A stretch of 62,748 nt of DNA from Minisyncoccia bacterium (GTDB lineage Bacteria > Patescibacteriota > Minisyncoccia > Phycocordibacterales > UBA9973). Shown here piece after piece: positions 1-9,842 of the stretch. Under the pieces are notes generated by a model. That model did not search any database. It had not been told where the DNA came from and worked only from the letters and a program-made list of their open reading frames with translations. The stretch spans positions 1 through 62,748 of the forward strand of contig JBAQFO010000003.1 of assembly GCA_049287305.1 (NCBI GenBank). Direction: 5' to 3'. Positions within the stretch are counted from its first letter, which is position 1. Each line of letters opens with the position of its first letter. Made by a program: the position numbers and the translations under genes.

Positions 1-425
<425 letters not shown>

Positions 426-695
426 AAAAGTTAAATTAATTAGAACGAAACAAAACAAAAAACAGCAATGCCAGCCCGACACGAATGTGTCATTCTGGCG
501 GGTATTTTTGCAATTAAAATCTCTCAATATGACTTATGTATTGAAGATTTCTTTGTTCCTAGCTCGTAAATTATTGTTAAGAAAACATTTGAGGACTTGC
601 TCCCGACAACTCTTGTCGGGGTTCTCAATTTATTGATTTATCAAAGAATTGTTGAAATAAAAACGCCCTATCCAAAGCGGATTAGACGCTGAAAG

Positions 696-724
696 AGTAT
701 ATACCAAGCGCCAAGCAGTGTCAA
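696..724 (-). promoter_or_regulatory. Candidate rRNA operon promoter
   Basis: The minus strand reads TTGACA (724-719), a 17-nt spacer, then TATACT (701-696), about 265 nt upstream of the 16S 5' end. Confidence 0.6.
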
Positions 725-750
725 GCATTACCAGTAACCTAATTTTGCAT

Positions 751-785
751 AGAAAAAGCCTCACAAAGACTAGCTCTGCGAGGCT
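751..785 (-). terminator. Intrinsic terminator of the GC-rich gene 895-1314
   Basis: The minus strand reads AGCCTCGCAGAG-loop-CTTTGTGAGGCT (with G:U pairs) followed by TTTTTCT. Confidence 0.6.
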
Positions 786-894
786 TGGGCGGACCTCGGT
801 CCGCACTTGTCCATGGAAACCATAGAACAAGATTTTGATGTTGGCTCTAGGCCGAGCGGGGCTTTGATAGCCCCGCCCAGCGTTGAGCGCTCCG

Positions 895-1314
895 TCACTT
901 CCGATTGATGATCTCCTGCATCGCGCCGAGAATCTGCAGAAAAGGTTTGGCGATGGCCATGCGCAGCTCCTTGTCTGCATAGTACATGACCACTCCATCT
1001 CCTCGCACGCCGAGATACATGACACCCGTCGGACGCACGGGAAGCCCCGCGATCACGCGGACTTCTCCCGCGCTGCCGGCCTTCTGTTCGGAGAGGGTGA
1101 CCGCAGGCACGTCGCTCCACCATCCCTCGGAGGAGACGGTCTTGCCGACTGGTGATGAGCCAGTGGCGAGCACCGTCTCCATGCTGTCGTAGTGCACGTC
1201 CCCCGGGCAGTCCACCGGCGGACATGCGTTGGTGGTCTGCGGAGTCGTGGCATACGCGGCGACGGGGATGATGAGAAGAATGAGAACTGCAAGAGTGCCG
1301 ATGTTTTTCTTCAT
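895..1314 (-). CDS. Secreted protein of unknown function (GC-rich cassette 1)
   Basis: I trimmed the tracked ORF to the ATG at 1314, which is preceded by AGGAG. The N-terminus MKKNIGTLAVLILLIIPVAAYA looks like a signal peptide. No family was recognised. Confidence 0.65.
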   Translation of the reverse strand: MKKNIGTLAVLILLIIPVAAYATTPQTTNACPPVDCPGDVHYDSMETVLATGSSPVGKTVSSEGWWSDVPAVTLSEQKAGSAGEVRVIAGLPVRPTGVMYLGVRGDGVVMYYADKELRMAIAKPFLQILGAMQEIINRK

Positions 1315-1341
1315 AGCTCCTGAAATTTCCTTTTCTTTTTT

Positions 1342-1405
1342 ATTTCCGGAAGTTGTTGTCCTTGCCGGAAATGAAGGCGTCACTTATCCCTCATTTCCAG
1401 CAAGG
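1342..1405 (-). promoter_or_regulatory. Two mutually exclusive hairpins in the 5' leader of 895-1314
   Basis: ATTTCCGG (1342-1349) pairs with CCGGAAAT (1365-1372). Alternatively CCTTGCCGGAAATGA (1360-1374) pairs with TCATTTCCAGCAAGG (1391-1405) at 14/15 positions. The two stems share the CCGGAAAT segment. Confidence 0.35.
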
Positions 1406-1516
1406 ACTTTTTTAACGAACAATTCATTGTAGTATATCACAAATTAATACAAAAGTCAAGTTCTTTAATCCCCTAATATCCTTATAATTAAAGCTTTTAT
1501 GTGCTAAAATATCCTT

Positions 1517-2161
1517 ATGGCAACAAAGGTAATATACTTCGTCCGACACGGGGAAACGGCAAATAATGCTCTGCATATCAAACAAGGTCCCGAGGGTCCT
1601 CTTTCAGACAAAGGCCGAGAACAGGCGCTGGCAACCGCGAAAAGATTCCCAAAAGGGTGGCGAGGCAAACCCCAACTTATAGTCTCCAGCCCCTACGAAC
1701 GCACCAAAGAAACGGCGGAAATTATCGCCAAGGAATTAAAAATGAAAGTAAAATATTCCGACCTTTTAGTGGAGAGACGGAATCCGTCGGGAGTAGTGGG
1801 ACACGACGCGGGAGACCTGGATGTGAGAAAAGTTTTGGATAGAATAGATAAAAGTTATCACTCGGATGACTTGCGGGTATCCGACGAAGAAAACTTCGCC
1901 GACCTAAAACTGCGCGCGCGGAAATTACTGAAGTTCATCAAGCGAAGACACGCGAAAAGAATAATCATGGTGACCCATAGCAGATTTCTTAAAATGATTG
2001 CAGCTTATATGACCCACGGAGAGGAGCTCACCGCTTCACAATACAATACTCTGTCTTATTTCAACAAAATAGACAACGCCGGCATGTGCATCTGCGCCTA
2101 CACTCACCACTGGTTTAAAAAAGACGAATGGAAAATTCTAGTTTGGAACGACCTTGATTAA
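1517..2161 (+). CDS. Histidine phosphatase family protein (phosphoglycerate mutase-like)
   Basis: N-terminal RHGETANN catalytic motif, and VTHSRFL later in the protein. Confidence 0.8.
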   Translation: MATKVIYFVRHGETANNALHIKQGPEGPLSDKGREQALATAKRFPKGWRGKPQLIVSSPYERTKETAEIIAKELKMKVKYSDLLVERRNPSGVVGHDAGDLDVRKVLDRIDKSYHSDDLRVSDEENFADLKLRARKLLKFIKRRHAKRIIMVTHSRFLKMIAAYMTHGEELTASQYNTLSYFNKIDNAGMCICAYTHHWFKKDEWKILVWNDLD

Positions 2162-2169
2162 AAGTCGGA

Positions 2170-2787
2170 TTATTTTTCCAGCTTTCTAGTCCACAATTTC
2201 CGAATTGTGAAAAACACGCTCGTAGCAAATATCGCGCCAAGCGTATCAGAAAGCATGTCTTTTTGCGCGTCCCAGATATCGCCCTGGCTCCCCAGATAAT
2301 TAAGAGCGTCTTCTATGGGAACTCGCGCTGCGTATATCCACTCTACGAGTTCATATGTCATGGCTATCGCTGCTATCAGAAAAACAGGATAAGTAAAAAG
2401 TAAAAACTTATTCGTTACCATCTTTTTTACAAACAGCCACTCGGCAACGGCAAAAGCGTAAAATCCGACAGAAAAATGCGCGATTCTATCAAAGTGATTG
2501 CGAGCAAAACCGAAGGATTCAGTCACGGCGTCAAAGGGCACCAGGGCGAATGTATAATGTCCGCCTATGGTATGCAGATAAATCAAAACAAACATAAAAG
2601 CATATGCTATTTTAGAAAATCTTATTTTGAGTGCGTAGAGAATTATGACTACAGCAACAATAATCCAGACCGTCAGGTTTTCCGCAAACCAAGTTTTTCT
2701 ATCTATTGGATTTATGGCGAGAACAATAAACAACACTGAGTAAATCCCCAGGAGCCAGAACAAAAACTTTGAAGATTTGTTTTCCAT
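2170..2787 (-). CDS. DUF2238/YjdF-like inner membrane protein
   Basis: Trimmed to the ATG at 2787 (MENKSSKFLFWLL). Multi-pass membrane protein with a HTIGGHYTF segment typical of DUF2238. Confidence 0.6.
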   Translation of the reverse strand: MENKSSKFLFWLLGIYSVLFIVLAINPIDRKTWFAENLTVWIIVAVVIILYALKIRFSKIAYAFMFVLIYLHTIGGHYTFALVPFDAVTESFGFARNHFDRIAHFSVGFYAFAVAEWLFVKKMVTNKFLLFTYPVFLIAAIAMTYELVEWIYAARVPIEDALNYLGSQGDIWDAQKDMLSDTLGAIFATSVFFTIRKLWTRKLEK

Positions 2788-2789
2788 AA

Positions 2790-3956
2790 TTATATTTTTT
2801 CCTCCGGCTTGTGTTTGAGGACGAGGACAAATAACACGAGTAGCACCAATCCTGCAATGCCGATGCCGAGCCATGGCAGCCATGGCATTCGTTCAGTAGC
2901 TCTGTTATCCAAGCTATCGCATATATCCCCTATTTCATCCGCATCGGTATTGGTTTGAGCGAAATTGGGAATCTGGGGACAGTTATCTTTTCCGTCCAAC
3001 ACCCCGTCACGGTCATAATCTTCGCAGGCGTCGCCTCTTCCGTTCCGGTCCCCGTCTTCCTGTGTGGGATTATAAATCGTAGAACAATTGTCCGACAAAT
3101 CCGGAATCTTATCTTCGTCCAAATCGCTAGGGCGGTATTCGGGATTCGCCGCCGATATGGAAGAACCTATTCGGATTACCCCAACATCTGAAACCAGGTC
3201 TCCGGATTCTTTATAAGGAGACTTCACATTTTTGTCCGCATCAAAGTAAATTTGGTAGACATGCCCAGGCTGAGCTAAAAAGCGCAAGTTTCTGGTGACT
3301 ATTTGCCCTCCCGACAAATCGTTGAATTGCATTTCGGTTATGCGAAGAGGTTGAACGTAATCGAAAACAATTTTCCAAGAGGTAGATGAAGTCTTTGGAA
3401 AGACTACGCCATTCTGGGCAGGTTTTATAGGAGCCAAAACCACAGTATCCCTTCCCCCAACCAAAGCACTAACTGAAATTTTCTCTGGCAAGGCCACGTT
3501 TTCATCCAAAGCGAACCGTAAAGAAGAAGCTGTGATAGACTTTTCGAAATTAAAATTTATTTGAGCTTGGCCAGAGTTTCCCGTAAGCGGGAATTCTACG
3601 AAAGAAACGTAATCGCCATCATTCAAAAAAGAGGGGTTGGAATTAGGAGAATTAGTAGAGATAAAGCTTTGCGTCTCAGACTTATCTACCACCAAAAGGT
3701 GGGGCTCAAAAGATTTGTAAGTCACATCATACACAGAGAATACCGGCAAAGATAGATATCCTTGATCAAGAGAAACTTCTACGACCGTGGGCACGGAAAT
3801 CTGAGGAGAAACGATTTTATAATACCGGAAAGCCTCCGACGCCCTATACCCATCGATACTTGAAAAAGTATACGGGACACTTCCCGCCCCTTGAGCTCCC
3901 ACCCACACCGGAAACATCACCATTATCCCTAAAAACAATTTCCAAAATAAATTCAT
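2790..3956 (-). CDS. Membrane-anchored secreted protein with thrombospondin type-3-like Ca-binding repeats
   Basis: N-terminal signal peptide. Repeated DxDxDGxxDxxD-type motifs (DEDKIPDLSDNC, DGDRNGRGDACEDYDRDGVLDGKDNC, DADEIGDICD). C-terminal transmembrane helix. Confidence 0.65.
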   Translation of the reverse strand: MNLFWKLFLGIMVMFPVWVGAQGAGSVPYTFSSIDGYRASEAFRYYKIVSPQISVPTVVEVSLDQGYLSLPVFSVYDVTYKSFEPHLLVVDKSETQSFISTNSPNSNPSFLNDGDYVSFVEFPLTGNSGQAQINFNFEKSITASSLRFALDENVALPEKISVSALVGGRDTVVLAPIKPAQNGVVFPKTSSTSWKIVFDYVQPLRITEMQFNDLSGGQIVTRNLRFLAQPGHVYQIYFDADKNVKSPYKESGDLVSDVGVIRIGSSISAANPEYRPSDLDEDKIPDLSDNCSTIYNPTQEDGDRNGRGDACEDYDRDGVLDGKDNCPQIPNFAQTNTDADEIGDICDSLDNRATERMPWLPWLGIGIAGLVLLVLFVLVLKHKPEEKI

Positions 3957-3965
3957 GTTTATATT

Positions 3966-5744
3966 TTATTGCGCTTGATAATTTTTCGGTTCTAATTCGT
4001 GTTTTTTTCTTTTAGTCAGAAAGGCCGTGCTCATAAGTAATACTCCGATAGCTAGGAATGTCACTACTCTTCCGAAGAGTTCCATGTCCCACACATCTTT
4101 AAATACCAGCCTGATAACCACAAAGGCCAAGAGCGCCATGCCGTAAGTTCGGCGGGCCATATCGTTGCCATAGAGGCCGGAGAAGTAGGCCAGCAATCCG
4201 AAAATAGTAAATATAATGAGAGTAATCATCGTTGCAATGTCCTGTTCTCCTCTCATAGATATGTGGATGAACTGCCATAGAATATAACCAATATAAAATG
4301 TTCCAAGCACGATAAACATGGAGCCCAAATTTATTTCTCCTTCTTCTTTATTTGGAGTTTCAAGGTGATTTAAGATACGTCCGGCTGAAATTAGCGCAAC
4401 CGCGACGAGCAAGAGCGCGAAGAAGTCCGCACTCCATAACTCCGCGGAGTTCGCGTAACTCATCATGCTAGATACGGACAAAACCACGGGGAAAATAAAT
4501 ACCAAAGCCGCCCTACCTGCCGCTTTCGTATCTTTGGTAAGTGACAGCACACAAAGAAGGATGAGCAGCGCTTCCATAGCAAAAGCAATGACAAGCGATG
4601 CCCCGTCGAGCTCGGCTGAAGTCGCCGCGCCGATAAATGCGATGGCTACGGACCCATAAGCGTAAAAGGGTGCCAGCTTGGAGCTGAACTTGAATGCGGT
4701 AAACGAACCAAAGGCAAACACCACAGCCCATGCCGCAAATATCATTGAACTCCATTCCGCTGGAGCGACATTATAAATCCACATAAAGAGAAACAGTCCG
4801 TTCAAAACAGCGAGCACAATCTCGGTCTCTTGTTCTTGAACTCCTTTTTTGATAACCGCAAACATTCCGGAAAGAAGATATAACATAGAGAACAAGTAAG
4901 CGAAATTTAAAATTATCGGAGCGTCATTGCTGTATCGGGAGTTAAAATAAAAATCTCCCATATACGGAACGCTATACATTCCCACAAAAAACAAACTGAA
5001 AACAATAAGCTTCCGCCAACCGGTGATTCCCGCGAGGAACAAGGTAGCGATTGATATAAATAGCAGATAGGAGAAAAGGAATACGGCGTCTGTCTGTCCC
5101 GCCGTTAGTAGCGGAGCAACGAAAGCCAGTATTTGCGCGATATACGCGAGTTGTGGAAGTTTGAATTTATAACTTGCAAATGAAACGAAAGCTACAATCA
5201 CAAAATCAAACATGACAGCAGAGACAGGAGTGAAGAACTGGTAGATGGACCGGCCGGCAAATATGGTAAGCATGGCCATGCCTGCGCCGAGCGCCATAAA
5301 TACCGCCCCTTGCGACGGATGCTTCATCATTCGCTTGAAGCCAAGTGCCATTATTATTACTCCCGCCACAATACCGATAGAGATTCTTCCTACGGGACCT
5401 ATCCAATTATTTATGAAAGCATAAGAAACAAACCATCCGAACCCGATAATAAATAGTCCGGCGCCGAGTTTCATCAGCCAGTCTTCCTTAAGCCACAAAA
5501 AGAATTTGTTTGGCTCCGCGTTATTATATTGAACAGGTTGAATAGGTTGAATAGGCTGGTTATTGGAACTTGCCACGCCCGCTGTCTGCGGAATACTCTC
5601 TGCTATGCTTGTGGGTTCCGGCTTTCTTTCTATTCCTGTTGCGCTTATCCCCTGCCTTAATTCCAGTTCTCTTACCCGCCTTGAAAGAGAGCTGTTTGCT
5701 ACCAATAAGTAAACAATCAGACCGAACCCGAGTAGTGTTGTCAT
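3966..5744 (-). CDS. DUF2339 family polytopic membrane protein
   Basis: 592 aa with more than 15 hydrophobic spans, and a QPIQPIQPVQ linker after the first transmembrane helix. The layout is typical of DUF2339. Confidence 0.65.
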   Translation of the reverse strand: MTTLLGFGLIVYLLVANSSLSRRVRELELRQGISATGIERKPEPTSIAESIPQTAGVASSNNQPIQPIQPVQYNNAEPNKFFLWLKEDWLMKLGAGLFIIGFGWFVSYAFINNWIGPVGRISIGIVAGVIIMALGFKRMMKHPSQGAVFMALGAGMAMLTIFAGRSIYQFFTPVSAVMFDFVIVAFVSFASYKFKLPQLAYIAQILAFVAPLLTAGQTDAVFLFSYLLFISIATLFLAGITGWRKLIVFSLFFVGMYSVPYMGDFYFNSRYSNDAPIILNFAYLFSMLYLLSGMFAVIKKGVQEQETEIVLAVLNGLFLFMWIYNVAPAEWSSMIFAAWAVVFAFGSFTAFKFSSKLAPFYAYGSVAIAFIGAATSAELDGASLVIAFAMEALLILLCVLSLTKDTKAAGRAALVFIFPVVLSVSSMMSYANSAELWSADFFALLLVAVALISAGRILNHLETPNKEEGEINLGSMFIVLGTFYIGYILWQFIHISMRGEQDIATMITLIIFTIFGLLAYFSGLYGNDMARRTYGMALLAFVVIRLVFKDVWDMELFGRVVTFLAIGVLLMSTAFLTKRKKHELEPKNYQAQ

Positions 5745-5804
5745 ATGGGATTCATTTTATCACTCGGCTCCCATAGCTACAAATAGTAATGTGTATAACT
5801 ATTC

Positions 5805-6164
5805 CTATATCGTTTCTTGTTTTTCAAGTTTTACCGCCGCTTCAGGAGTAGACACGGTCTTACTCATAAAGAAAAGTTTTACTATCGCAAGCGCGATAAG
5901 ATAGTAAACAAGCATAGCAAGCAACGTGCTCCACTCCAGCACGCTTCCTCCTCCTCTTGAAGTACGAAACACAGCCAAGAATGGGGCGGCAAAAACGTAG
6001 GTAACGTCATAGATAAAGTTGGAGAATCCGGCGTTCGGATTAGCTCCAAGCAATTTGAGCACAAAACGAAACATCAAGAGCGCTTCCAAGATACCCAAAA
6101 TATACCAAACGATTTGTGTGCCGCGAAAAAGAGGCTTAGTGGTCGGAGAATTAAATGAGTCCAT
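5805..6164 (-). CDS. YggT family membrane protein
   Basis: Trimmed to the ATG at 6164. LLMFRFVLKLLGANPNAGFSNFIY resembles the YggT repeat. Confidence 0.55.
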   Translation of the reverse strand: MDSFNSPTTKPLFRGTQIVWYILGILEALLMFRFVLKLLGANPNAGFSNFIYDVTYVFAAPFLAVFRTSRGGGSVLEWSTLLAMLVYYLIALAIVKLFFMSKTVSTPEAAVKLEKQETI

Positions 6165-6284
6165 AAAATATTGATTTAGCGAAATCACGTCGCGCAATCG
6201 TCCATTAAAGCGCGACGCAGTTAATAATAAAACGCCTACGTGTATTAAGACGTGGCGTTCTATTATTAATTACAATTAAAAAAT

Positions 6285-6473
6285 TTATTTCATCATTGCC
6301 TCACCGTCGGCAGCAGACATGAATTTAAACATGTTACCTCCGCAAACCGCGCAAGTTCCCTTAGCGGAATATCTGCCCTTTTCATTCTTAGTAACTACTG
6401 GATTTACCATATCTCTCATTGTCGGCTTGTTGTTGGTTCGACACTTCATGCACAAAGCTTTTAGTTCAGCCAT
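6285..6473 (-). CDS. DUF5679-type zinc-ribbon protein
   Basis: 62 aa with CMKC...CAVCG cysteine pairs and a GTCAVCGGNMFKF tail. Confidence 0.7.
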   Translation of the reverse strand: MAELKALCMKCRTNNKPTMRDMVNPVVTKNEKGRYSAKGTCAVCGGNMFKFMSAADGEAMMK

Positions 6474-6522
6474 AGTTTTATTTTCGTCTAATTAATACTA
6501 ATAATATTATTATAGCACACTT

Positions 6523-7044
6523 TTACTCTTTTGGGCCTATTACCTTGATTGCCATAACTTCCCTCCCGCCTTCGGTGTGTTCCACGGACTTAAAGCCGTG
6601 GAAATTGAGCATGTTAAATATTCCCCTGCCGCTCGGTTTCATTATATTATCCGGATGCAAAGGATTCGGAACATCTGCGCGGATAAAACCGTTTCCTTCG
6701 TCTCGTATTGTTATAATAAGCTCGTGTTTGTTTGCCTTTATGGTAACAAACACTTTTTTCTGCTTTTTTCCCGGATGCTTGGCCTGTTCCTTGAGAGCCA
6801 ACTGGGTAAGGGTATCTTCGCATCCTTTTGGTCTCTCCACTCCGAGATTCCCATGAGCTATGGCGTTGGCGAGAAGCTCCCGAAATCCGACTTGAGCATC
6901 AGTTAAGTCATCGCTGTCTTTTTCCCAGCCCGCCGCGATAAGCGTGCCCGTAAAAGACCCGATAGCTGCATCCATTAATGTAATATCAGTGGGTAAAGTC
7001 CATTCGTTCACTTCAAAATTAGGCATTGCTTCATTGCTTACCAT
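6523..7044 (-). CDS. ATP-binding protein, anti-sigma-factor-type Ser kinase fold (HATPase_c-like)
   Basis: ELLANAIAHGN (N-box-like) and IRDEGNGF (G1-like) motifs. The start is uncertain (7044 or 7026). Confidence 0.55.
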   Translation of the reverse strand: MVSNEAMPNFEVNEWTLPTDITLMDAAIGSFTGTLIAAGWEKDSDDLTDAQVGFRELLANAIAHGNLGVERPKGCEDTLTQLALKEQAKHPGKKQKKVFVTIKANKHELIITIRDEGNGFIRADVPNPLHPDNIMKPSGRGIFNMLNFHGFKSVEHTEGGREVMAIKVIGPKE

Positions 7045-7110
7045 TCTTGGTTGTTCTGCTCTCACGCCAAAAATATACCATATTCGGGTTGATAAGCACA
7101 CAATAATTAT

Positions 7111-7728
7111 TTAGTTGAAATTGTTGAAGCAAGCAAAAAGTTGTTCGTTCGGAGTCCATCCGCATTGCCCGCTCGGCTGTCTTTCACAGGCGCTGTGCTG
7201 ATAACAGGAATATTCTTTTCTGTATTCACACGTAGACATTGCACTTGGCTGGTCGGAACAAATTTGTCCGCTGCATCCACTGACAAAACATCCACCACTA
7301 TCTATGCTTGGAGGTCCTAGATACACAGGCGCGTTGCTGGTCGTATAATAACTATATCCAGGATTAGGTTCTATATAATACGAGGACGAGGTGGAATAAT
7401 AATTACGCGGAGCGGAATACGAGGAAGATGAAGAAGATTTCGCTATCGGGTACGTGACGTAGGCTTGTGCTTGATTTCTAGAATAAGCTGGATAAACGGC
7501 TGCTCCGTATGAGTTAGTCGTCAGGGTGCTCTCGGCAAAAATCTGCCCCCGAGGCGTATAGCATCGGCGAGGAAAACCTTCACTCACCGTATATCCATAT
7601 TGTTCGCATTCTATGAAATTACTAACAGACCCGCGCACCACGGCGCCTTTGGACGTATTGAAAAGCCAATATCCGAAGACAAAGAGAACGATGATGAGCA
7701 TGATTGTTCCGATTCCTTTGTTCTGCAT
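7111..7728 (-). CDS. Secreted eight-cysteine-cluster domain protein (paralog of 21406-21855)
   Basis: N-terminal transmembrane/signal segment. C-terminal GGCFVSGCSGQICSD...STCEYRKEYSCYQHSACERQPSGQCGW aligns by eye with the C-terminus of 21406-21855. Confidence 0.7.
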   Translation of the reverse strand: MQNKGIGTIMLIIVLFVFGYWLFNTSKGAVVRGSVSNFIECEQYGYTVSEGFPRRCYTPRGQIFAESTLTTNSYGAAVYPAYSRNQAQAYVTYPIAKSSSSSSYSAPRNYYSTSSSYYIEPNPGYSYYTTSNAPVYLGPPSIDSGGCFVSGCSGQICSDQPSAMSTCEYRKEYSCYQHSACERQPSGQCGWTPNEQLFACFNNFN

Positions 7729-7793
7729 ATGTTTCTTTGGATTACGCCCTATTTATTTAAACAAGGCGTTCCTCTTTTTATAATTAATAATTA

Positions 7794-7994
7794 CTAACTT
7801 CTTTTCTTTTTCGCATTTGATTTTTTTACTTTTGGCACTTTAGCCCCCGCTTTTCGCACTTCGGAAATTCCGATGGCTACGGCTTGCTTGCGGCTTTTTA
7901 CTTTCTGTCCGCTACCGCTCACCAAATCGCCATATTTCCATTCATGCATCACTTTTGCCACTTTTTTTTGAGCTTTTGGTCCGTATTTTGTCAT
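7794..7994 (-). CDS. DUF6496 family small basic protein
   Basis: Trimmed to the ATG at 7994. The sequence is YGPKAQKKVAKVMHEWKYG...KSRKQAVAIGISEVRKAGAKVP. Confidence 0.65.
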   Translation of the reverse strand: MTKYGPKAQKKVAKVMHEWKYGDLVSGSGQKVKSRKQAVAIGISEVRKAGAKVPKVKKSNAKKKRS

Positions 7995-8042
7995 ACAACA
8001 TATGACGTAAGCATCCCAATCGTGTGACAAAAATATATTTAT

Positions 8043-8116
8043 AAAAAACTGCTAGCCCCGAGATACCGACCAGGAAGAGGACCTTCATCACAAATACTGG
8101 TTTTCGCTCGGGGCTA
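8043..8116 (-). terminator. Long-loop hairpin followed by a T-run
   Basis: TAGCCCCGAG (8053-8062) pairs with CTCGGGGCTA (8107-8116). On the minus strand the hairpin is followed by CAGTTTTTTAT. Confidence 0.45.
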
Positions 8117-8156
8117 ACGTTATTTACGCCGTAACACCCAAACATTTATTACAAAA

Positions 8157-8420
8157 CTACTTCAAATCTGAAACTTGTATAGGGCTTACCACCGAAGGCG
8201 GAGTCATGTCTATGACTCCAAACTGCTTTTCGTAGTTTTCTACCTGTTTCCCCATCCACACGGATATGCTTTTCATTATTTGAGGAGTAGCGGCAAAAGA
8301 ATCCAAGTTGTTCCCGGATGTAAGCACAAATGAGAAAAATTCTTTGCCGAACGCGCCTATGGCGCCGTCGCAAAGCTTCTTTGGGAGTTGGCTTAAATTT
8401 ACCTTTTTCGGGTCAACCAT
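8157..8420 (-). CDS. DUF3467 family protein
   Basis: The C-terminal ATPQIMKSISVWMGKQVENYEKQFGVI resembles the DUF3467 consensus tail. Confidence 0.55.
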   Translation of the reverse strand: MVDPKKVNLSQLPKKLCDGAIGAFGKEFFSFVLTSGNNLDSFAATPQIMKSISVWMGKQVENYEKQFGVIDMTPPSVVSPIQVSDLK

Positions 8421-8454
8421 CTCCCTATTATATCACACCCTGGGAACATTAAGA

Positions 8455-8694
8455 TTAGGCGAGTGGAAAATCCGAAACACTGCCTCCGTTGGTAACATTT
8501 ATAAAGCCCGCTCGTTCCATTAGGGTTTTGGCCATCATAGCCCGGTTGCCGGATTCACAATATAAAATTATTTCTTCATCCTTCGGCACATCCGGAAAAA
8601 TCCCTTGCATCATATCCATGATGTCATGAAGTATCGCGCCTTCGGCGTGTCCCGCGTCATATTCTTCTTTAGTTCTCACATCTATAAGTATCAT
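8455..8694 (-). CDS. Rhodanese-like domain protein
   Basis: LIDVRTKEEYDAGHAEGA and an active-site loop YCESGNR. Confidence 0.8.
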   Translation of the reverse strand: MILIDVRTKEEYDAGHAEGAILHDIMDMMQGIFPDVPKDEEIILYCESGNRAMMAKTLMERAGFINVTNGGSVSDFPLA

Positions 8695-8696
8695 TT

Positions 8697-9281
8697 TTAT
8701 TTTATCTCCCGCATTTCTTCCAAGTTTTCCAAAATATTTTTCAAATCATCCGCGAGTGGCGACTCTGTCCATTTCCGAAGCAGTGCTCTGGCGACATTTG
8801 AATAATTCTCCAATGTTTTTTCTTTCTTCGCGTTAAATCTGTCAAAAGTTTTGTCCCCCGTTGTTTGATAATCAAGATATATTTCGGTCACGTTGGAAAC
8901 AACATCCGCTGATTTTAGAAGCACGGAGTCATTTGAAAAATGTTCTATGTGGGCGAGAGCCTGCGCTTTCCTGTCTTCCCACGGAGCATCCTTTTCTTCT
9001 TCGGTCACACTTAAAACGAGTTCCATTATATTTTCCCCGAACTTTTCTTTTATTATTTCCTTGGTAATTTTCTTTTCCTCGGCGCTGTCTTCTATCGTAT
9101 CGTGGAGAATCCCGGCGATAACCACGTCTTCATCCCCGCCAGCCTTGGCGATAATCATCCCTACCGACAAAGGATGAACAATGTAAGGAATATCCTTACC
9201 CTTTCTTTTTTGTTTCTTGTCGGTCTCGTGAGCTTGAATAGCCAAGTTTATAGCCTCTTCTACCCTTTTGGTATATATCAT
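8697..9281 (-). CDS. HD-domain phosphohydrolase (RelA/SpoT-type hydrolase-like)
   Basis: HPLSVG...AGILHDTIED HD motif. Confidence 0.75.
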   Translation of the reverse strand: MIYTKRVEEAINLAIQAHETDKKQKRKGKDIPYIVHPLSVGMIIAKAGGDEDVVIAGILHDTIEDSAEEKKITKEIIKEKFGENIMELVLSVTEEEKDAPWEDRKAQALAHIEHFSNDSVLLKSADVVSNVTEIYLDYQTTGDKTFDRFNAKKEKTLENYSNVARALLRKWTESPLADDLKNILENLEEMREIK

Positions 9282-9365
9282 AAGGTGATTCTAGCATTTT
9301 ATAGAAAATTCGCATATACGACCCAACACTCTGCCTAACACTAAATTCCAAGTTTAACTCTCCCG

Positions 9366-9392
9366 ATATCCACTTTAGTTAAGTAAAGTAGC
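9366..9392. repeat. Hairpin palindrome family, degenerate copy A
   Basis: ATCCACTTTA-GTTAAG-TAAAGT. Only the inner 6-bp arms pair. Confidence 0.5.
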
Positions 9393-9451
9393 TGGGAATA
9401 AATAATTCGCTTGGGATAATGGTTAAGTTAGGGCTGTTTTGTTTTAGTTGT

Positions 9452-9814
9452 TTAAAACCAAATTTCTATAAATACTTTTATGTCGGTTCCATCGTAAAGA
9501 TTCTCCTGGAACCTGATTTCCTTTTTTAGCGGCAGGATGTATGTCGCCGAATGCCTGTCAGGAAAAACGGAAGTTGTCCATTCGCTTTTTCCTATTTTTG
9601 CCTTGGCGTAGACCGCGCCCCAGCCCCGCCTGAGTCTTCCTGCTTGCATTTCTTTTATTTTGACGGAAATGTTCTCAGGCACCCGCGCAAAACGCCAAGC
9701 CCCCTTGTCTTCTCCGTCTCTGTATCCCTCCTTCCAGACTATAACTTTGCTTTTAAATTTAAAGGTCTTCTTCTCCGCACCATTGCCTGTTCTTTTCTTA
9801 ACTGGTTTCATCAA
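9452..9814 (-). CDS. DUF1905 domain protein
   Basis: GAWRFARVPENIS...GWGAVYAKAKIGKSEWTTSVFP pattern. Confidence 0.65.
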   Translation of the reverse strand: MMKPVKKRTGNGAEKKTFKFKSKVIVWKEGYRDGEDKGAWRFARVPENISVKIKEMQAGRLRRGWGAVYAKAKIGKSEWTTSVFPDRHSATYILPLKKEIRFQENLYDGTDIKVFIEIWF

Positions 9815-9842
9815 AATAATTTACCTCCACAATGTTTTTATT

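Noticed and set aside
770-1292. Several 60-150-aa ORFs in other frames or on the other strand across GC-rich cassette 1 (770-1225, 883-1155, 986-1192, 1053-1292).
   Set aside because: High GC suppresses stop codons in all frames. These ORFs are Arg/Pro/Ala-rich and lack a Shine-Dalgarno site or signal peptide, and they overlap the better-supported signal-peptide ORF 895-1314.
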